This document shows positions 1 to 14,434 of a DNA stretch of 64,000 nucleotides, piece after piece. This stretch comes from Escherichia phage AV121. A program made the position numbers and the translations under genes. Location: sequence record OR352951.1. The stretch is one strand, 5' to 3'. The notes beneath the pieces are model-generated. The model was not told the DNA's origin. It made no database searches and saw only the letters and a program-made list of their open reading frames with translations. Positions within the stretch are counted from its first letter, which is position 1, and each line of letters opens with the position of its first letter.

Positions 1-2314
<2,314 letters not shown>

Positions 2315-2342
2315 TATTAAAGCATATTAAAGAGGATTAAAA

Positions 2343-4322
2343 ATGACTTTATTATCTCCGGGCATTGAGCTCAAAGAAACTACGGTTCAAAGCACCGTGG
2401 TTAATAACTCTACTGGTACAGCAGCTTTGGCCGGTAAATTCCAGTGGGGTCCTGCTTTTCAGATTAAACAGGTTACAAACGAAGTAGATTTAGTTAATAC
2501 TTTTGGTCAACCTACAGCTGAAACTGCTGACTATTTTATGTCTGCAATGAATTTCTTACAATATGGAAATGATTTGCGAGTTGTGCGCGCTGTCGATAGA
2601 GATACCGCTAAAAACTCATCTCCGATTGCTGGTAATATTGAATACACAATTTCTACCCCAGGTAGTAACTACGCGGTTGGAGATAAAATCACGGTCAAAT
2701 ATGTTTCAGAAGATGTTGAAACAGAAGGTAAAATTACCGAAGTAGATGCTGATGGAAAAATTAAGAAAATTAATATTCCTACTGCAAAAATTATTGCTAA
2801 AGCTAAAGAAGTTGGCGAATACCCAACATTAGGTTCTAACTGGACTGCAGAAATTTCTTCTTCATCTTCCGGTTTAGCTGCAGTAATAACTCTTGGAAAA
2901 ATTATTACTGATTCCGGTATTTTATTAGCTGAAATCGAGAGCGCTGAAACTGCTATGACAGCAGTTGATTTTCAGGCAAATCTTGAAAAATATGGAATTC
3001 CAGGAGTAGTAGCTCTCTATCCAGGCGAATTAGGCGATAAAATTGAAATTGAAATCGTATCTAAAGCTGACTATGCGAAAGGCGCTTCTGCATTACTGCC
3101 AATTTATCCAGGTGGTGGTACTCGTGCATCTACTGCCAAGGCAGTATTTGGATATGGGCCGCAGACTGACTCACAGTACGCTATTATAGTTCGTCGAAAT
3201 GATGCTATTGTTCAAAGCGTTGTTCTTTCAACTAAGCGTGGTGAAAAAGATATTTACGATAGTAACATCTATATTGATGACTTTTTCGCAAAAGGTGGTT
3301 CAGAATATATTTTCGCAACTGCGCAAAACTGGCCAGAAGGCTTCTCTGGAATTTTAACTCTGTCTGGTGGATTATCATCAAATGCTGAAGTAACAGCAGG
3401 AGATTTGATGGAAGCTTGGGACTTCTTTGCTGACCGCGAATCTGTTGACGTTCAGTTGTTTATTGCGGGTTCTTGTGCCGGTGAATCTCTTGAAACAGCA
3501 TCTACTGTCCAAAAACATGTTGTTTCAATTGGTGATGCTCGTCAAGATTGCTTAGTATTGTGCTCACCTCCGCGTGAAACTGTAGTTGGAATTCCTGTAA
3601 CTCGTGCAGTAGATAATTTAGTTAACTGGAGAACTGCAGCAGGTTCATACACTGATAATAACTTTAATATCAGTTCAACCTACGCAGCAATTGATGGTAA
3701 CTACAAATATCAGTATGACAAATATAATGATGTGAATCGTTGGGTTCCATTAGCAGCTGATATTGCTGGTTTATGCGCAAGAACTGATAACGTATCTCAG
3801 ACTTGGATGTCTCCAGCTGGTTATAATCGTGGCCAGATTCTTAACGTTATTAAACTTGCTATTGAAACTCGCCAAGCTCAGCGCGACCGTTTATACCAAG
3901 AAGCTATTAATCCAGTAACTGGTACAGGTGGCGATGGTTACGTATTGTATGGTGATAAAACAGCTACTTCTGTTCCTTCTCCATTTGATCGTATTAACGT
4001 TCGTCGTCTGTTTAATATGTTGAAAACGAATATCGGACGTAGTTCAAAATATCGTTTGTTCGAATTAAACAACGCGTTTACTCGTTCATCATTCCGCACA
4101 GAAACTGCCCAATACTTACAGGGAATTAAAGCTCTCGGTGGAATTTATGAATATCGTGTAGTTTGCGATACAACAAATAACACTCCGTCAGTAATTGATA
4201 GAAATGAGTTTGTTGCAACATTCTACATTCAACCGGCTAGAAGCATTAACTACATTACCTTGAACTTCGTAGCAACTGCTACTGGTGCAGATTTCGATGA
4301 GTTAACTGGTCTTGCTGGTTAA
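2343..4322 (+). CDS. 18: tail sheath protein gp18
   Basis: 659-aa ORF, same length as T4 gp18; follows gene 17; TATAAATA box upstream. Confidence 0.95.
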   Translation: MTLLSPGIELKETTVQSTVVNNSTGTAALAGKFQWGPAFQIKQVTNEVDLVNTFGQPTAETADYFMSAMNFLQYGNDLRVVRAVDRDTAKNSSPIAGNIEYTISTPGSNYAVGDKITVKYVSEDVETEGKITEVDADGKIKKINIPTAKIIAKAKEVGEYPTLGSNWTAEISSSSSGLAAVITLGKIITDSGILLAEIESAETAMTAVDFQANLEKYGIPGVVALYPGELGDKIEIEIVSKADYAKGASALLPIYPGGGTRASTAKAVFGYGPQTDSQYAIIVRRNDAIVQSVVLSTKRGEKDIYDSNIYIDDFFAKGGSEYIFATAQNWPEGFSGILTLSGGLSSNAEVTAGDLMEAWDFFADRESVDVQLFIAGSCAGESLETASTVQKHVVSIGDARQDCLVLCSPPRETVVGIPVTRAVDNLVNWRTAAGSYTDNNFNISSTYAAIDGNYKYQYDKYNDVNRWVPLAADIAGLCARTDNVSQTWMSPAGYNRGQILNVIKLAIETRQAQRDRLYQEAINPVTGTGGDGYVLYGDKTATSVPSPFDRINVRRLFNMLKTNIGRSSKYRLFELNNAFTRSSFRTETAQYLQGIKALGGIYEYRVVCDTTNNTPSVIDRNEFVATFYIQPARSINYITLNFVATATGADFDELTGLAG

Positions 4323-4338
4323 TACGGTGCATTCTAAA

Positions 4339-4356
4339 GGCCTGTTTCGGCAGGCC
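4339..4356 (+). terminator. hairpin after gene 18
   Basis: GGCCTG-tttcgg-CAGGCC stem-loop 17 nt after the stop. Confidence 0.5.
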
Positions 4357-4357
4357 A

Positions 4358-4365
4358 TATAAATA
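4358..4365 (+). promoter_or_regulatory. late promoter box TATAAATA (upstream of gene 19, copy 1)
   Basis: Exact TATAAATA just after the gene 18 terminator hairpin. Confidence 0.55.
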
Positions 4366-4416
4366 CACTATATCCTTAATTCTTTAATTCTATATGCCCT
4401 AGGTTAAACATAGGGA

Positions 4417-4424
4417 TATAAATA
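4417..4424 (+). promoter_or_regulatory. late promoter box TATAAATA (gene 19, copy 2)
   Basis: Exact TATAAATA 14 nt upstream of gene 19 ATG. Confidence 0.6.
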
Positions 4425-4438
4425 CTACAGAGGCTAAT

Positions 4439-4930
4439 ATGTTTGTAGATGATGTAACACGAGCGTTTGAATCTGGTGATTTTGCTCGACCTAACTTATT
4501 CCAAGTAGAAATTTCTTATCTTGGACAAAATTTTACATTCCAATGTAAAGCCACTGCTTTACCAGCTGGTATTGTAGAAAAAATTCCAGTCGGATTTATG
4601 AACCGTAAAATTAACGTAGCAGGCGATCGTACATTCGATGACTGGACTGTTACAGTAATGAACGATGAAGCTCATGATGCTCGCCAGAAGTTTGTTGATT
4701 GGCAAAGCATTGCTGCTGGTCAAGGAAACGAAATTACTGGTGGAAAACCTGCAGAGTATAAAAAGAGCGCTATTGTTCGTCAATATGCTCGTGATGCTAA
4801 AACAGTAACAAAAGAAATTGAAATTAAAGGTCTGTGGCCTACTAACGTGGGTGAACTTCAATTAGATTGGGATTCAAACAATGAAATCCAAACCTTTGAA
4901 GTAACTCTTGCTCTCGATTATTGGGAATAA
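4439..4930 (+). CDS. 19: tail tube protein gp19
   Basis: 163-aa ORF, same length as T4 gp19; late promoter boxes upstream. Confidence 0.9.
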   Translation: MFVDDVTRAFESGDFARPNLFQVEISYLGQNFTFQCKATALPAGIVEKIPVGFMNRKINVAGDRTFDDWTVTVMNDEAHDARQKFVDWQSIAAGQGNEITGGKPAEYKKSAIVRQYARDAKTVTKEIEIKGLWPTNVGELQLDWDSNNEIQTFEVTLALDYWE

Positions 4931-4962
4931 AATGAATGGGGAGAAATCCCCATCCTGCTTAA

Positions 4963-6587
<1,625 letters not shown>

Positions 6588-6588
<1 letters not shown>

Positions 6589-6827
6589 TGGAAGGTTTAA
6601 TTGAAGCTATTAAATCAAACGACCTCGTAGCCGCTCGTAAATTATTTGCTGAAGCCATGGCTGCAAGAACGACTGATTTAATTAAAGAAGAAAAAATCGC
6701 TATCGCTCGTAATTTCTTAATCGAAGGTGAAGAACCTGATGACGAGGATGATGACGAAGACGAAGATAGTGATGATAAAGACGACAAAAAAGACAAAGAC
6801 TCTGACGAAGACGAGGATGATGAATAA
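6588..6827 (+). CDS. 67: prohead core protein gp67 with acidic C-terminal tail
   Basis: 79-aa ORF between portal and gp68; C-terminus is an Asp/Glu-rich low-complexity run. Confidence 0.8.
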
Positions 6828-7252
6828 TGCTTCTGATCCCTGAAACTCATGAATTAGTTCTCGAGAATGTCGAAGCACTTATTCCTGAAGCACAGGGTCG
6901 CTTTGACGAATTGTCTTCTGCTTTAAATAAAGACGATATAAATACAATTGTCGAGAATATGCTTGATGATGAAACTGATTTAGCGGTTGCATTAGCTTCT
7001 ATTAATGAAAATATGCCGTTAAATGAATTTATCGTTAAACATGTTTCTGCCCGTGGTGAAATTACTCGCACTAAAGATCGCAAAACCCGCGAACGTAATG
7101 CATTTCAAACTACCGGGTTGTCTAAAGCAAAACGTAGACAAATTGCTCGTAAAGCTACCAAAACGAAGATTGCCAATCCAGCAGGTCAATCTCGTGCTCA
7201 GCGTAAGCGTAAAAAAGCTCTTAAACGCCGTAAAGCATTAGGATTAAGCTAA
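6827..7252 (+). CDS. 68: prohead core protein gp68
   Basis: 141-aa ORF, basic C-terminus; T4 position and length. Confidence 0.8.
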
Positions 7253-7890
7253 TGAATGAACCCCAATTACTAATTGAAACTTGGGGTCAACCTGGCGAAA
7301 TTATTGATGGCGTACCAATGCTTGAATCTCATGATGGAAAAGACTTAGGTTTAAAACCGGGTTTATACATCGAAGGAATATTCATGCAAGCGGAAGTCGT
7401 CAATAGAAATAAACGTCTTTATCCAAAACGTATATTAGAAAAAGCGGTAAAAGACTATATTAATGAGCAAGTTTTAACTAAACAAGCTCTCGGAGAATTA
7501 AATCATCCTCCACGCGCTAATGTTGACCCGATGCAAGCCGCTATCATTATAGAAGATATGTGGTGGAAAGGAAATGACGTATACGGACGAGCTCGTGTTA
7601 TTGAAGGTGACCACGGTCCTGGAGATAAATTAGCAGCTAATATTCGTGCCGGATGGATTCCAGGAGTTTCTTCTCGTGGATTAGGTTCATTGACTGACAC
7701 AAATAAAGGTTATCGTATCGTAAACGAAGGATTCAAATTAACTGTAGGTGTTGATGCAGTATGGGGTCCAAGTGCTCCAGATGCATGGGTAACTCCTAAG
7801 GAAATTACCGAATCACAGACGGCGGAAGCCGATACAAGTGCCGATGACGCCTATATGGCTCTCGCAGAGGCCATGAAAAAAGCGTTATAA
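7252..7890 (+). CDS. 21: prohead core protease gp21
   Basis: 212-aa ORF; T4 gp21 position and length. Confidence 0.9.
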   Translation: MNEPQLLIETWGQPGEIIDGVPMLESHDGKDLGLKPGLYIEGIFMQAEVVNRNKRLYPKRILEKAVKDYINEQVLTKQALGELNHPPRANVDPMQAAIIIEDMWWKGNDVYGRARVIEGDHGPGDKLAANIRAGWIPGVSSRGLGSLTDTNKGYRIVNEGFKLTVGVDAVWGPSAPDAWVTPKEITESQTAEADTSADDAYMALAEAMKKAL

Positions 7891-7893
7891 ATA
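7886..7893 (+). promoter_or_regulatory. late promoter box TATAAATA (gene 22)
   Basis: Exact TATAAATA 27 nt upstream of gene 22 ATG. Confidence 0.7.
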
Positions 7894-7920
7894 TTATTAT
7901 CTAAACAACAGGACTACAAA

Positions 7921-8730
7921 ATGCTTAAAGAACAACTGATTGCCGAAGCGCAGAAAATTGATGCTTCCGTTGCTCTTGATAGTATTTTCGAATCAGTTAA
8001 TATTTCTCCGGAAGCAAAAGAAACTTTCGGCACTGTATTCGAAGCTACCGTCAAGCAGCACGCCGTTAAATTAGCTGAATCTCATATCGCTAAAATTGCT
8101 GAAAAAGCAGAAGAAGAAGTAGAAAAAAATAAAGAAGAAGCAGAAGAAAAAGCTGAGAAGAAAATCGCTGAGCAAGCTTCTAAATTCCTTGACCATCTTG
8201 CAAAAGAATGGCTCACTGAAAATAAATTAGCAGTAGATAAAGGTATCAAAGCCGAACTGTTTGAATCCATGCTTGGTGGATTGAAAGAGCTCTTCGTTGA
8301 ACACAACGTTGTTGTTCCAGAAGAATCAGTTGATGTTGTAGCTGAAATGGAAGAAGAACTGCAAGAACATAAAGAAGAATCAGCTCGTCTGTTCGAAGAA
8401 CTCAATAAGCGTGACGCATATATCAATTATGTGCAGCGTGAAGTGGCATTGAGCGAAAGTACTAAAGATCTGACTGAGTCTCAAAAAGAAAAAGTCTCTG
8501 CTCTGGTCGAAGGTATGGATTATTCAGATGCATTCTCAAGTAAATTGAGTGCAATCGTAGAAATGGTGAAGAAATCTAATAAAGATGAAAGCACTATTAC
8601 TGAGAGTATAAATACTCCTGATACTGAAGCAGCCGGACTGAATTTCGTCACTGAAGCTGTAGAAGATAAATCTGCACAAGGTGCAGAAGATATTGTAAGT
8701 GTATATGCGAAAGTCGCATCTCGTTTCTAA
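7921..8730 (+). CDS. 22: prohead core scaffold protein gp22
   Basis: 269-aa Glu/Lys-rich coiled-coil ORF; T4 gp22 length; late box upstream. Confidence 0.9.
   Translation: MLKEQLIAEAQKIDASVALDSIFESVNISPEAKETFGTVFEATVKQHAVKLAESHIAKIAEKAEEEVEKNKEEAEEKAEKKIAEQASKFLDHLAKEWLTENKLAVDKGIKAELFESMLGGLKELFVEHNVVVPEESVDVVAEMEEELQEHKEESARLFEELNKRDAYINYVQREVALSESTKDLTESQKEKVSALVEGMDYSDAFSSKLSAIVEMVKKSNKDESTITESINTPDTEAAGLNFVTEAVEDKSAQGAEDIVSVYAKVASRF
8607..8614 (+). promoter_or_regulatory. late promoter box TATAAATA inside gene 22 3' end (candidate gene 23 promoter)
   Basis: Exact TATAAATA about 135 nt upstream of gene 23 ATG; none is closer. Confidence 0.5.
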
Positions 8731-8748
8731 TTTTAAAGGTTAACACAA

Positions 8749-10314
8749 ATGACTATCAAAACTAAAGCTGAACTTTTGAACAAATGGAAGCCATTACTGG
8801 AAGGTGAAGGTTTACCGGAAATTGCTAATAGCAAACAAGCGATTATCGCTAAAATCTTTGAAAACCAGGAAAAAGATTTCCAGACAGCTCCGGAATATAA
8901 AGACGAAAAAATTGCTCAGGCATTCGGTTCTTTCTTAACAGAAGCTGAAATCGGTGGTGACCACGGTTACAATGCTACCAACATCGCCGCAGGTCAGACT
9001 TCTGGCGCAGTAACTCAGATTGGCCCAGCTGTTATGGGTATGGTACGTCGTGCTATTCCTAACCTGATTGCTTTCGATATTTGTGGTGTTCAGCCAATGA
9101 ACAGCCCGACTGGCCAGGTATTCGCGCTGCGCGCAGTATATGGTAAAGATCCAATCGCTTCCGGCGCTAAAGAAGCATTCCACCCAATGTATGGTCCAGA
9201 TGCAATGTTCTCTGGTCAGGGTGCTGCTAAGAAATTCGCTGCTTTGAAAGCAAGTGATACTCTTGAAGTCGGAACTATTTACACTCACTTCTTCCAGGAA
9301 ACTGGTACAGTATATCTGCAAGCTACAGCAGCTAAACAAATTGATTCAGGCGCATCTGACGCAGACAAATTAGATGCTGAAATTAAGAAACAAATGGAAG
9401 CTGGTGTACTGGTAGAAATCGCTGAAGGTATGGCTACTTCTATCGCTGAACTTCAGGAAGGTTTCAACGGTTCTACCGATAACCCATGGAATGAAATGGG
9501 CTTCCGTATCGATAAACAAGTTATCGAAGCTAAATCTCGTCAGCTGAAAGCTGCTTACTCTATTGAATTAGCACAAGACCTTCGCGCTGTTCACGGTATG
9601 GATGCTGATGCTGAACTGTCTGGTATTCTGGCTACCGAAATTATGCTGGAAATCAACCGCGAAGTTGTTGATTGGATTAACTACTCCGCTCAGGTTGGTA
9701 AATCTGGTATGACCCTGACTCCGGGTTCTAAAGCTGGTGTATTTGACTTCCAGGACCCAATCGATATTCGTGGTGCTCGCTGGGCAGGTGAATCCTTTAA
9801 AGCTCTGTTGTTCCAGATTGACAAAGAAGCAGTTGAAATTGCTCGTCAGACTGGTCGCGGCGAAGGTAACTTCATTATCGCTTCCCGTAACGTAGTTAAC
9901 GTTCTGGCTTCAGTTGATACCGGCATTTCTTATGCTGCACAAGGTCTGGCTACTGGCTTTAACACTGATACTACCAAGTCAGTATTTGCTGGTGTTCTGG
10001 GTGGTAAATACCGTGTATATATCGACCAGTATGCTAAACAGGATTATTTCACCGTAGGTTATAAAGGTCCGAACGAAATGGATGCTGGTATTTACTATGC
10101 TCCATATGTAGCTCTGACTCCGCTGCGTGGTTCTGATCCGAAGAACTTCCAACCGGTAATGGGATTCAAAACTCGTTACGGTATCGGTATCAACCCATTT
10201 GCAGAATCCGCTGCTCAGGCTCCGGCTTCTCGCATCCAGAGCGGAATGCCTTCTATTCTGAATAGCCTTGGTAAAAACGCTTACTTCCGCCGTGTATATG
10301 TTAAAGGTATCTAA
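8749..10314 (+). CDS. 23: major capsid protein gp23
   Basis: 521-aa ORF, same length as T4 gp23; strong hairpin terminator follows. Confidence 0.95.
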   Translation: MTIKTKAELLNKWKPLLEGEGLPEIANSKQAIIAKIFENQEKDFQTAPEYKDEKIAQAFGSFLTEAEIGGDHGYNATNIAAGQTSGAVTQIGPAVMGMVRRAIPNLIAFDICGVQPMNSPTGQVFALRAVYGKDPIASGAKEAFHPMYGPDAMFSGQGAAKKFAALKASDTLEVGTIYTHFFQETGTVYLQATAAKQIDSGASDADKLDAEIKKQMEAGVLVEIAEGMATSIAELQEGFNGSTDNPWNEMGFRIDKQVIEAKSRQLKAAYSIELAQDLRAVHGMDADAELSGILATEIMLEINREVVDWINYSAQVGKSGMTLTPGSKAGVFDFQDPIDIRGARWAGESFKALLFQIDKEAVEIARQTGRGEGNFIIASRNVVNVLASVDTGISYAAQGLATGFNTDTTKSVFAGVLGGKYRVYIDQYAKQDYFTVGYKGPNEMDAGIYYAPYVALTPLRGSDPKNFQPVMGFKTRYGIGINPFAESAAQAPASRIQSGMPSILNSLGKNAYFRRVYVKGI

Positions 10315-10329
10315 TCTTTGACGATTTAA

Positions 10330-10345
10330 GGGACCTTCGGGTCCC
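10330..10345 (+). terminator. rho-independent terminator after gene 23
   Basis: GGGACC-ttcg-GGTCCC stem-loop followed by TTT. Confidence 0.75.
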
Positions 10346-10362
10346 TTTAGTTGTTTTTATGG

Positions 10363-10370
10363 TATAAATA
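10363..10370 (+). promoter_or_regulatory. late promoter box TATAAATA (gene 24)
   Basis: Exact TATAAATA 27 nt upstream of gene 24 ATG, just after the gene 23 terminator. Confidence 0.7.
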
Positions 10371-10397
10371 AATCATATAAACTGAAAGGAAAGCGCA

Positions 10398-11681
10398 ATG
10401 GCTAAAATCAACGAACTTCTGCGCGAATCAACCACAACGAATAGCAACTCAATCGGTCGCCCAAATCTCGTTGCTTTGACTCGCGCTACCACTAAATTAA
10501 TATATTCTGACATTGTAGCAACGCAAAGAACTAATCAACCTGTTGCTGCTTTTTATGGTATCAAATACCTTAACCCGGATAACGAATTTACATTTAAAAC
10601 TGGTGCTACTTACGCCGGCGAAGCTGGATATGTAGACCGAGAACAAATCACAGAATTAACAGAAGAGTCTAAATTAACTCTCAATAAGGGCGATTTATTC
10701 AAATATAATAATATCGTTTATAAAGTATTAGAAGATACACCATTTGCTGATATTGAAGAAAGCGATTTAGAATTAGCTCTTCAGATTGCAATTGTTCTTT
10801 TAAAGGTTCGTCTATTTTCTGACGCAGCGTCAACAAGCAAATTTGAAAGCTCTGATAGTGAAATTGCGGATGCTAGATTCCAGATTAATAAATGGCAAAC
10901 CGCAGTTAAATCTCGTAAACTTAAAACTGGTATCACAGTTGAATTAGCACAAGATTTAGAAGCAAATGGATTCGATGCTCCTAATTTCTTGGAAGATTTG
11001 CTTGCAACCGAAATGGCAGATGAAATCAATAAAGATATTCTGCAGTCTTTGATTACAGTGTCAAAACGCTATAAAGTTACAGGAATTACTGATACTGGAT
11101 TCATCGATTTGAGTTATGCATCTGCACCTGAAGCTGGTCGTTCATTATACCGAATGGTATGTGAAATGGTTTCACATATCCAGAAAGAATCAACTTATAC
11201 AGCAACGTTCTGTGTTGCTTCAGCTCGTGCCGCTGCGATTCTTGCTGCATCAGGTTGGTTAAAACATAAACCAGAAGATGACAAATATCTTTCACAAAAT
11301 GCCTACGGGTTCTTAGCTAATGGTTTACCGCTTTATTGCGATACCAACAGCCCATTAGATTATGTAATCGTTGGCGTAGTAGAAAATATCGGTGAAAAAG
11401 AAATTGTTGGATCAATTTTCTATGCTCCGTATACAGAAGGTCTTGACTTAGATGACCCTGAACATGTAGGTGCATTTAAAGTTGTAGTTGATCCAGAAAG
11501 TTTGCAGCCATCTATCGGTTTATTAGTTAGATATGCTTTATCTGCAAATCCTTACACTGTAGCAAAAGATGAAAAAGAAGCAAGAGTAATTGATGGTGGA
11601 GACATGGATAAAATGGCGGGTCGTTCAGATTTGTCTGTTTTATTAGGTGTTAAGCTACCAAAAATTATCATTGATGAATAA
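10398..11681 (+). CDS. 24: capsid vertex protein gp24
   Basis: 427-aa ORF, gp23-like fold region; T4 gp24 length; late box upstream. Confidence 0.9.
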   Translation: MAKINELLRESTTTNSNSIGRPNLVALTRATTKLIYSDIVATQRTNQPVAAFYGIKYLNPDNEFTFKTGATYAGEAGYVDREQITELTEESKLTLNKGDLFKYNNIVYKVLEDTPFADIEESDLELALQIAIVLLKVRLFSDAASTSKFESSDSEIADARFQINKWQTAVKSRKLKTGITVELAQDLEANGFDAPNFLEDLLATEMADEINKDILQSLITVSKRYKVTGITDTGFIDLSYASAPEAGRSLYRMVCEMVSHIQKESTYTATFCVASARAAAILAASGWLKHKPEDDKYLSQNAYGFLANGLPLYCDTNSPLDYVIVGVVENIGEKEIVGSIFYAPYTEGLDLDDPEHVGAFKVVVDPESLQPSIGLLVRYALSANPYTVAKDEKEARVIDGGDMDKMAGRSDLSVLLGVKLPKIIIDE

Positions 11682-11687
11682 AACAAA

Positions 11688-11703
11688 GGGACCTTTCGGT
11701 CCC
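11688..11703. terminator. bidirectional terminator between gene 24 (+) and rnlB (-)
   Basis: GGGACC-tttc-GGTCCC flanked by A-run and T-run in the convergent gap. Confidence 0.75.
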
Positions 11704-11710
11704 TTTTTAT

Positions 11711-12715
11711 TTAACTTACCAATTCAATCCAAGCCGGACGAAGTACATCTTGTACCATTTTAACTAATTCCTTCTTAATCAAAGAAGGATTATCCGCTTG
11801 AGTTAGAGTAATACCTTCACGAGAAGTTTCTTCCAAAATATCTTGAACCGTTAGTCCCATCACCTTTCCAAAATCTTTTGGACCAATTTCACCAATTTTA
11901 GAAATAACGTTATTTACTCGGTTCAGTGTAACATAACAAGCTAAAATTCCCAGCAATTTATTATCAGCTTCTGACAACTCAACTTTAGCTTTAATAGGCT
12001 TATCAGACTTTTTCTTTTCACTAAATTTAGAGTTCTTGCATTTGATGGCTACACGATTGCGATTAGGCAGCCAAGAAGGATAACAAGGTTTCAATACATA
12101 TCCTTCAGCGGTAAATACTTCGCCTTTTGCTTCAGCATTCCAAACGCATTTATTTGCATCAACTAATCCAGCATGGTCTACCGTAAAATTATAATCCTGT
12201 ACGACAGAATCTAAATCATTTGGCAATTTAATAAGTTCTTCAAATTTACCACGACCTAAAAGTGGAGCCATTTTAAATTTAAATGTATTACAGAATGATT
12301 CCATCATATAATCATCGACATAAATTACATCACCACTTTCTGTAGTAACAATAATGTCAAATACATAAAAATCTTTATCACCATAATCGACATTCTTCTG
12401 AATGCCAGGTCCGGCGAATTCACCAAAGACTTGATAAGATACAACCGCTGAAGTTTCCATAATATCTTGTACTGCTTTAATGGAATCAGCGTAATTCTTC
12501 AAAATAATTTCATACCCAAAGAAATCTTCAGCAGGAAGAATAGGACCAGTTCGTTTAGCACAAGTTACTTTATCACGCTCAATAATCAATGAGAAATTTG
12601 TGCCGTGAATCTTTTCACGAGCTACCCATTCGCCGCCAGTCAATCCTAAACTGTAAAGTTTTTCAATAAATTTAGAGTTGTAATGATTTTCAAGACTGCT
12701 ATACTTTTTAAACAT
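11711..12715 (-). CDS. rnlB: RNA ligase 2 (Rnl2)
   Basis: 334-aa ORF with lysine nucleotidyltransferase motif ([11 protein letters not shown]); T4 Rnl2 length and position after gene 24. Confidence 0.85.
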   Translation of the reverse strand: MFKKYSSLENHYNSKFIEKLYSLGLTGGEWVAREKIHGTNFSLIIERDKVTCAKRTGPILPAEDFFGYEIILKNYADSIKAVQDIMETSAVVSYQVFGEFAGPGIQKNVDYGDKDFYVFDIIVTTESGDVIYVDDYMMESFCNTFKFKMAPLLGRGKFEELIKLPNDLDSVVQDYNFTVDHAGLVDANKCVWNAEAKGEVFTAEGYVLKPCYPSWLPNRNRVAIKCKNSKFSEKKKSDKPIKAKVELSEADNKLLGILACYVTLNRVNNVISKIGEIGPKDFGKVMGLTVQDILEETSREGITLTQADNPSLIKKELVKMVQDVLRPAWIELVS

Positions 12716-12724
12716 AATTAATCC

Positions 12725-13003
12725 TCAAAATGTAATTTCTAACCAATCACCATCACGCTGATCACTATTGACTTTAAAGCTAAATCCTTCTTTTCTCAGC
12801 CAATCACCAATTTCTTCAGTAATCAATTTATCGCGAGCAGTACAATAATAACTAAAATATGTTTTACCTTGTTCAGCTGCTTTATTAGCAAGTTCCGAAA
12901 AATCTTTAATAAAACACTCTAGCTTAAACTGTTTACTTTTAAGTGCTTTTTCACGTAATTGATTAGCAAAAGATTCATTTTCATAAAGATCATACTGTTC
13001 CAT
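12725..13003 (-). CDS. hypothetical protein (T4 24.2 position)
   Basis: 92-aa ORF, ATG checked; positional equivalent only. Confidence 0.6.
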   Translation of the reverse strand: MEQYDLYENESFANQLREKALKSKQFKLECFIKDFSELANKAAEQGKTYFSYYCTARDKLITEEIGDWLRKEGFSFKVNSDQRDGDWLEITF

Positions 13004-13205
13004 TTTTCACCTTTTTATTAATATGCCTTTTTCTATAGACAACTTTTTCTCGAGTTTCAAATTTATTCTTAGCAGTCATAGCTCGAGCCCATAATACAGC
13101 CACTTCTTTCGCCTGTAAGTTTAATTCACGAGCAATTTCAATGAATGACTTTCCAGACTCATGAAGAGTAAACACCACAACCTCAGTTCTCATAATCAAT
13201 CTCAT
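12990..13205 (-). CDS. hypothetical protein (T4 24.3 position)
   Basis: 71-aa ORF, ATG checked. Confidence 0.55.
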   Translation of the reverse strand: MRLIMRTEVVVFTLHESGKSFIEIARELNLQAKEVAVLWARAMTAKNKFETREKVVYRKRHINKKVKNGTV

Positions 13206-13274
13206 GTTATCGAGTTGATGCCATTATATACATCATTTTCTGAGTATGTTTTGTGTGCTTTCAAAATGAAGAAA

Positions 13275-13288
13275 GGGGCCGAAGCCCC
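13275..13288 (-). terminator. hairpin terminator after hoc
   Basis: GGGGC-cgaa-GCCCC preceded on the plus strand by an A-rich run (U-run on the minus transcript). Confidence 0.6.
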
Positions 13289-13294
13289 TTATGA

Positions 13295-14425
13295 TTATGG
13301 ATAGGTATAGATGATACCAGTTTCTAAAGCAGTTTTATGAATGATGTATCCATTGCGTGATTCTTGAACATCAACTTCTGGATAGTCTTTCATCATCTTC
13401 TGAAGAGTGTAACGATGCAGGTAGTATTTACTATCTGGATCTTCAGTTTTCCAATCTTTACCTTCTTCGGTCATTTTTTGGATTTCATCCATAACCCACC
13501 AACCGCACCAGATATAAGCTGAAGTGCGATGTGGAAGAGGATGAACATAAGGCAATTCACCTTCTGGTTCCGGAGCAACTTTATCAGTTACCTGAACTTG
13601 GCCTGTTGCTTTAACTGTTTTACTATCATAGTCGGTTGCTGTAACGGTTGCAGTAACTTCAATAGTTTGACTTCCAATAGATGATGTATCAACCGTGTAT
13701 ACATTAGTTGATTCTTCTACAGGAGAAGAATCTTTCTTCCATGAATATTCGATTTGTGCTTCTTCTGGAGCATCCGTAACATTAGCAGTAAATGTAGCCG
13801 AAGCATCTTGCTGAACGTTAATAGAAGGAGGAGTCAATGTAACCTGTGGATTCATTGTCTTCTTATTAACTGTTAATGATACTTCATTAGAAGTAACTTC
13901 CTTTTCATTGTAATTTTCAGCCGTTACTTGGGCTACGCATTTAATTCTTTTTACTCCACTTGTAGTTGGAGTATAGTTAAATGTAGAGTTAGTTTCTCCA
14001 CCAATTTGAGAATCATCTACATACCATTTATATGTAGCAGACGCTCCATCAGGTTGAGAAACCAAGGCAGCAGTAAATTGAACTGGGGTTCCAATTACTC
14101 CAGCTGGAGGACTATCAGGAGTTACTGCCAAGGTAGTCGTTTGTGTCTTATTTTGAACTGTGATAGTTGTTGTCGCTTCAGCCGTTTCCGGGCCTCCTTC
14201 AGAAAGTGTATTTGTTGCAACTACTTTAATAGTCTTTTGACCGGCAGGTCCTTTTAGTACATAACTAAAAGTTGCTTCAGCTCCATCTTGTGGAGCATCA
14301 TCTACAGTCCAAGCATAGGTAATAGTTCCGCCTCCAGTTTCACCACTGGGTGTAGCAGTAAACTGCTGAGTCTGATCTATAACTCCAGTAGGTGTTTTAG
14401 GAGTTATATCAACTGTAAAAGCCAT
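13295..14425 (-). CDS. hoc: highly immunogenic outer capsid protein Hoc
   Basis: 376-aa ORF with repeated Ig-like Thr/Val-rich modules; T4 Hoc length and position. Confidence 0.85.
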   Translation of the reverse strand: MAFTVDITPKTPTGVIDQTQQFTATPSGETGGGTITYAWTVDDAPQDGAEATFSYVLKGPAGQKTIKVVATNTLSEGGPETAEATTTITVQNKTQTTTLAVTPDSPPAGVIGTPVQFTAALVSQPDGASATYKWYVDDSQIGGETNSTFNYTPTTSGVKRIKCVAQVTAENYNEKEVTSNEVSLTVNKKTMNPQVTLTPPSINVQQDASATFTANVTDAPEEAQIEYSWKKDSSPVEESTNVYTVDTSSIGSQTIEVTATVTATDYDSKTVKATGQVQVTDKVAPEPEGELPYVHPLPHRTSAYIWCGWWVMDEIQKMTEEGKDWKTEDPDSKYYLHRYTLQKMMKDYPEVDVQESRNGYIIHKTALETGIIYTYP

Positions 14426-14434
14426 AAGTTATCC

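Noticed and set aside
2563-2745. 60-aa plus-strand ORF inside gene 18
   Set aside because: Alternative frame wholly within the tail sheath gene; no RBS seen.
8082-8426. 114-aa minus-strand ORF inside gene 22
   Set aside because: Antisense to the Glu/Lys-rich scaffold gene; Ser-rich mirror-image artefact with no RBS.
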